This document shows, piece by piece, positions 59,163 through 64,000 of a stretch of 64,000 bases of DNA. The DNA is taken from positions 64,775 through 128,774 of the forward strand of contig NW_002060951.1 in NCBI RefSeq assembly GCF_000150275.1, written 5' to 3'. How positions within the stretch are numbered: position 1 is the first letter of the stretch; each line of letters opens with the position of its first letter. The notes below the pieces were generated by a model. That model searched no databases, had not been told where the DNA came from, and saw nothing but the letters and a program-made list of their open reading frames with translations. Made by a program: the position numbers and the translations under genes. The stretch is from Trichoplax adhaerens. Lineage: Eukaryota; Animalia; Placozoa.

Positions 59163-62100
59163 ATGGCTAAGTTGGAGGAATATTCTACTACCCGCAAGTC
59201 AATAATTATGGCAACACTATGCTTTGTATATACATTATGGGGAATTATTTACAGCCTGCCTGTGCCATTTTTCCCTCGTGAGGTACAACACTTTACGTGA
59301 TATTGATCCAATTAAGTCACTTACAACAGTTATAGATATTATCGACATGATGTTTCATCTGTTTTTTGTGTAAATAAAAGGCCGTCGCTAGTGGTTTAAC
59401 CTTGGCGGAAATTGGAATAATCTTTACTATGTACCCTGTTGCGTTATTTGTTTTCTCGCCAGTCTGCTCTATGCTGGTATGAACACTAATCATGACTAAA
59501 ACTATTTCATTGCAGATAATAATTATTATCACGTAAATTCAGTAATATAGCTACGTAAGTTTTCGTTTTGAATATCAAGCATAATAATTGTAGAGCTTTG
59601 CAAAATCGTTTTATTCTCTTGTATATGAATGCAGAATCAAACTTGATAAGTAATCGGAAAGTATTCATTTTAGCGTTTAGACAAGAAGAGTTTATTCTGT
59701 GATTATTTTAGAGGATAAACTTCCATGTTATCATATTCTTAACAAATTCGAGAATTATTACTACAAACAGCATGGATAAAATTTGCTATCAATCAACTCT
59801 AATCCAAACTCTTTTAACAGTTACCGCGGATCGGGTCAAAATATATGATGTGGGCAGGTATGACTATAGAAGGCAGCTGCACAATTTTTTTAGGGTAAGG
59901 CAATTAGTGTTCAATCTAGCTTATTACAATAATCTCAAGTATGCGATATTAACAGTCGAACTACCGTATCGATATCAACTTAATTAAAAGGTATAAATAT
60001 ATATCTACTTTTTAGAACCTTGAAATTCATGCATAACAGAATGCATTTTCTGGTTATGGCATTAATTATTCGATTTGTGCAAGGTATCGGGGCAGCTATT
60101 CAGGGAATTGCTGTCGAATCTGCGATTATCGTATTATACCGTGATCGTATAGCCTCCGCAAAGGTATTGTCAGTCCCGAGTTACGAGAGCTGTTTTACTG
60201 TTTTGTGTCATAGTTATATTTCCATATGGTTTGCAATATTATTTAAAAAATTAGTATCAATTAAAATTATTTATATATAGAATCATTTTATTTTTATAAT
60301 GAAAATCTTCACAAAATATTTATACCTATGAAGCTGTAGGGATACGAACCCGAGTATTTTTTAAAGAAATTTGCTTGTTAATAAAAAACCTGTTCTCATA
60401 CAATTCGTAAATCTCATTCTAGGGTTTGATGGAGAGTTTTGGAGGTCTAGGATACGCTATTGGGCCTATAATAGGCGCAGGCTTTTATGCTGTAGGTTTA
60501 CACTAAGGTCTTATAAATTTTAAATTACGTACTAAATGAGACGCAAAAACTCAGCTAGAAATTTTCGTAAATGTTCATAGCTTGCTACTATACGTTGTAA
60601 GATACAATACTGCACTGGAATAATTTAATATTTATATATACCTCTCAGCTCGGTGGATATTCCTTGCCCTTCTTTGTCGTTGGTTCTACTATCGTTGTTC
60701 TTGGTCCTGTTGCAGCATTTGTTGTTCCAATGATATTAGGTTAGTACATTGATCATAACAGACACGATGTAATGATAATCAACAGGAATATTTGCGGTAC
60801 TGTAATAATAAATCATAGCTATATATCACTATTATTCATTTCTGATAGTGTTTTTTATGATTATAATAGATAAACAAGCAACGCCTTGGAAATCTATGCT
60901 AAAACTAATTAAGAACTTTTATATTTTTATATTATGTAAGTGTACAAGACTGTGGGTATATTTATTCTGTTTCTATAAAAGTATTACGAATATGACTATC
61001 CAGTATGATATTATTCTAGAAGAATATCTTTGTTTGTTAGGTTTTGGAGTGTTTGTTCAAGAATCATCGTTGACCTTTGTAGAGACCAATTATTCTATTC
61101 ATTTGGTATCAGTATGTATCTATAAATGTAACGTATCCCGGTAATTTAAACAACTTCTGCAATTTAGAAAATTTTGCTGGCTGGATAACAGAATTAATTA
61201 AGGCTTTAATCGCTGTATGATTACTAGAGAGCTGCTAAATATTTAGTTAATTTTATTTTAAATTGAAGCTATCTACAGTATTCAGGCAAATCCTTCAGTG
61301 TACTAGAATCAAATTTCTTGCTAAGCTATTTTTATTCTATTCTACTTGTGAATTTAAATCAGTTCCATTTGAAAGTGGTGAAAGCTGCTGCTCTTATGCT
61401 AATATTAGCAGTGTGCTATGCAACAATGGGAATAATCATTGGTCTAGTATCTGATCGTTTGGTAGGTCTGAACATATACGAATAGATATCTACTCTGTAA
61501 TTGTAAATGACCATGTGATAGTACTAAGCATTATATTTGTATGGCTTGACAGGTAGTCTCATTAATAGGCAACTTAAGGCTTTAGCTAGCAGATCTATCA
61601 GTTAGATGTACGGCTGTATGCCCTCTAGTTATGCTATCTATATATAGTACATTATGACAAAGCTGCAATGAGCATTAAAATTGAGCAACACTTCTAGACT
61701 TATCTGCTAACGAGGTTGTCCATTTATCTTAATATTACTGTTTAGGGCTACAGAAAATTTCTAGGAGCTGGATATTTTATAGCAGTGATAGGATTGGAAT
61801 TTATGGGTTCATTCCCTTATTTTCATGTCAGACCGTAAGGCTATTCTCAAAATACCATTGCTATTTAGCTTCATCAATAATTACAGTTCCATCTGACATA
61901 ATTCATAAAGTGTCTGATGATATTATGATAAATTTAGTCATCTAAAAATTGTTATTTTTAACTTTTCGATCGCACGGCATTGAAAAATTAAGGAAATTAT
62001 GGCATTTTCTTCTTGGCATGTCCGCTTTTGGAATTAGCACCGGTGGAGTCATGATACCTACCACCGCCGAAATGGTTCGGTATGCAAGGTAAATCATTCA

Positions 62101-63407
62101 AGTGGTACGTAAATTTTATGCCACAGACAGAGAACGAATAATTAATGAATATATTCGAAATTAATAATGATACATTCAAAAGAAATAAAAATCTTCCTAA
62201 ATATATTAGTTGCTCCTTATCGTCACGATACTTTAACAACGGTGCAATAAGTTAGATTTAGCTTCATTCTGCAAAAGCACATATTGATATTTAGGTATCG
62301 AAAGACATAGTTTAAAAGAATTATGTTCATTCTGCATCACAAAACCCCGATTTTTGGAAGTTTCGTGATGCTTTATTGCTACAATTTAACTTGAGTTTTC
62401 AACGTAGCAATCTCTGTTCATTTTACACTCTGATCAATTTCTATATACTGTACTGCAGTTGCATCGAAGTAAGTGTTGTAAAGTAATCGAGTATCGAGAT
62501 TTTGCGTGTGGTCTTAATCGGTCGTTTACTGTATTTGCTGCAATAAAGCATCCGTATTATATAAAAAAATCTTCTTAACTATTTTTGGGAGCTAGTTACT
62601 ACATTTTCGACCGCTAGTTTTTTGGATGAGTATCAATAATCTCGATTTGTGACAATCTTCATTGAAAGTTAACCAGTGAACAAGTGTACGTTCTGGTATC
62701 CGGTGGAGTGGTATTTTCTAATAAATATTGGATATGCCATAGTTTCCAAACAATATTGAGCAATTATTTAACTATCGATTTGTAAGAGTATCATCTGGTA
62801 CACATTTTAGATATAGTGACTGTAATTAACGTATTTGGCTATTTCATACTGAAAATACTAAATTTATACCTGTTTACCAACTCAAATAGGGAGAACAATG
62901 TTGGAGATGACCTTAGCGTCTATACCTGCGTTACAGGTTTATTCAAAATGGCACAATCGTTAGGGTAAATAATTAAAACAGTAGTAAAATTTAAATCTGA
63001 ATCTATCTTTAAATTCTAATCCCAGTAAATATATCTACGATTATATGATATTAGCAACATGATAGTTAAAAATTTAGAAATAGATAATTTACCTTGGTTC
63101 TACCTAATCTCGCATCCAAGCGTAAACACAATTGTTACGTATATGTGAACGTGACCGTATGCGAAATGACAATACGGACAGACATTTTGCAAACTGCCCA
63201 TACTATTGCTACTATATGAGTATAAATGAGTACATATATTCTAGTTTATTAAAACTTCGGATAGCAAAATATCTACTTTGTAGTTGGAGTATAATCTAAA
63301 TACTAAGTATAGTATGCTTAATCAAACATTCTAGCATGATTTGTGGCCCTGCCGTTGGTTCAACTTTAACTTCTTTACCTCAACTAAAATTTCCATGGAC
63401 TAGCACG
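59163..63407 (+). CDS. SLC18B1: MFS transporter, SLC18B1-like (vesicular polyamine transporter family); 3' end not resolved
   Basis: YSLPVPFFPRE/AVASGLTLAEIGIIF, IIRFVQGIGAA, GLMESFGGLGYAIGPIIGAGFY, LGGYSLPFFVVG, IIGLVSDRL and MICGPAVGS. The last clear exon ends at 63407 with a GTAAG donor. Confidence 0.85.
62300..62870 (+). pseudogene. Decayed class A GPCR in the largest resolved SLC18B1 intron
   Basis: FNVAISV (TM2, ~62401). In the TM3 frame CCKVIEYRDFACGLNRSFTVFAAIKHPY, Cys (62477) to HPY (62549) is exactly the C3.25-to-DRY spacing. CAT and CCG are each one substitution from Asp and Arg codons. LVFWMSI (TM4) follows. Confidence 0.55.
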
Positions 63408-64000
63408 GTAAGCTTCTTATGTATAAGAAACAACGTTTACTTTAATTCAAGTATTAGCATGATATTGAATCGAAAAATAACATGACAAGCTTTAACTTGC
63501 AGCGAGATATAGTTATGAGCCTACTAAAGAATTATAACAGTCAAGAATATACAATTCGCTCTGCTTAATCACTTAACTAATTAAAATTATCTGCACAATA
63601 TTAGATATGGTACTATAGTTCTACATTGATAGATTAATCCAAGCTGCTCTTCGCATCTCACGCTATTTCTAGCAATGTTTACAATCATACGCGTGTACAT
63701 AAATGTATCGGTGCCACAAAACAGCTTTGCAACAAGATAACGCAATATACGATCAATAAGTCAATTCCTTGAACCACGTATCAAGGAACGATATCTGGAC
63801 TATCACGAACACTTTTGCTCTACTAGCAGACTACACAAAGACTTAAACGCCTTGTATTTTACGTTTGACACTAAGTTGGAGAAATTCACTTTATTTCACG
63901 ATATACTGCATTTATATACTACTCCTCAATAGTTCATGAGCCATAGTTAATACAATTAACATTGGAATCATTTACTGAATTAGATATTAATTTTAGCTAC

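Noticed and set aside
60330-60360. B-box-like GGGTTCGTATCCC on the minus strand
   Set aside because: Isolated motif with no A-box or tRNA/SINE body.

Overview
This is AT-rich, intron-dense eukaryotic DNA with short GT-AG introns. The compact gene structure and divergent animal proteins suggest an early-branching metazoan, probably a placozoan such as Trichoplax (inference, not verifiable here). Seven multi-exon genes were assembled by hand: two tandem amino-acid-permease-fold transporter paralogues (TMEM104/Trp-Tyr-permease-like, 0.1-16 kb, +), KRI1 (19.7-25.1 kb, +), three divergent TRPM-like cation channels (26-54.7 kb; -, -, +) and an SLC18B1-like MFS transporter (from 59.2 kb, +, 3' end unresolved). 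The main hidden layer is about 17 candidate decayed, apparently intronless rhodopsin-class (class A) GPCR genes, of varying strength. They fill most enlarged introns of the non-TRPM genes and most intergenic gaps, on both strands, and are recognisable by ordered TM1-TM7 motif remnants. Comparing the two transporter paralogues shows that these relics account for their largest intron-size differences. The three TRPM-like channels share a rewritten TRP box and lack NUDT9-H and kinase domains. They also show a graded loss of the S2-S3 Ca2+ site, and one appears to lack the C-terminal coiled coil. All exon structures, translations and relic boundaries are manual; relic coordinates are approximate.
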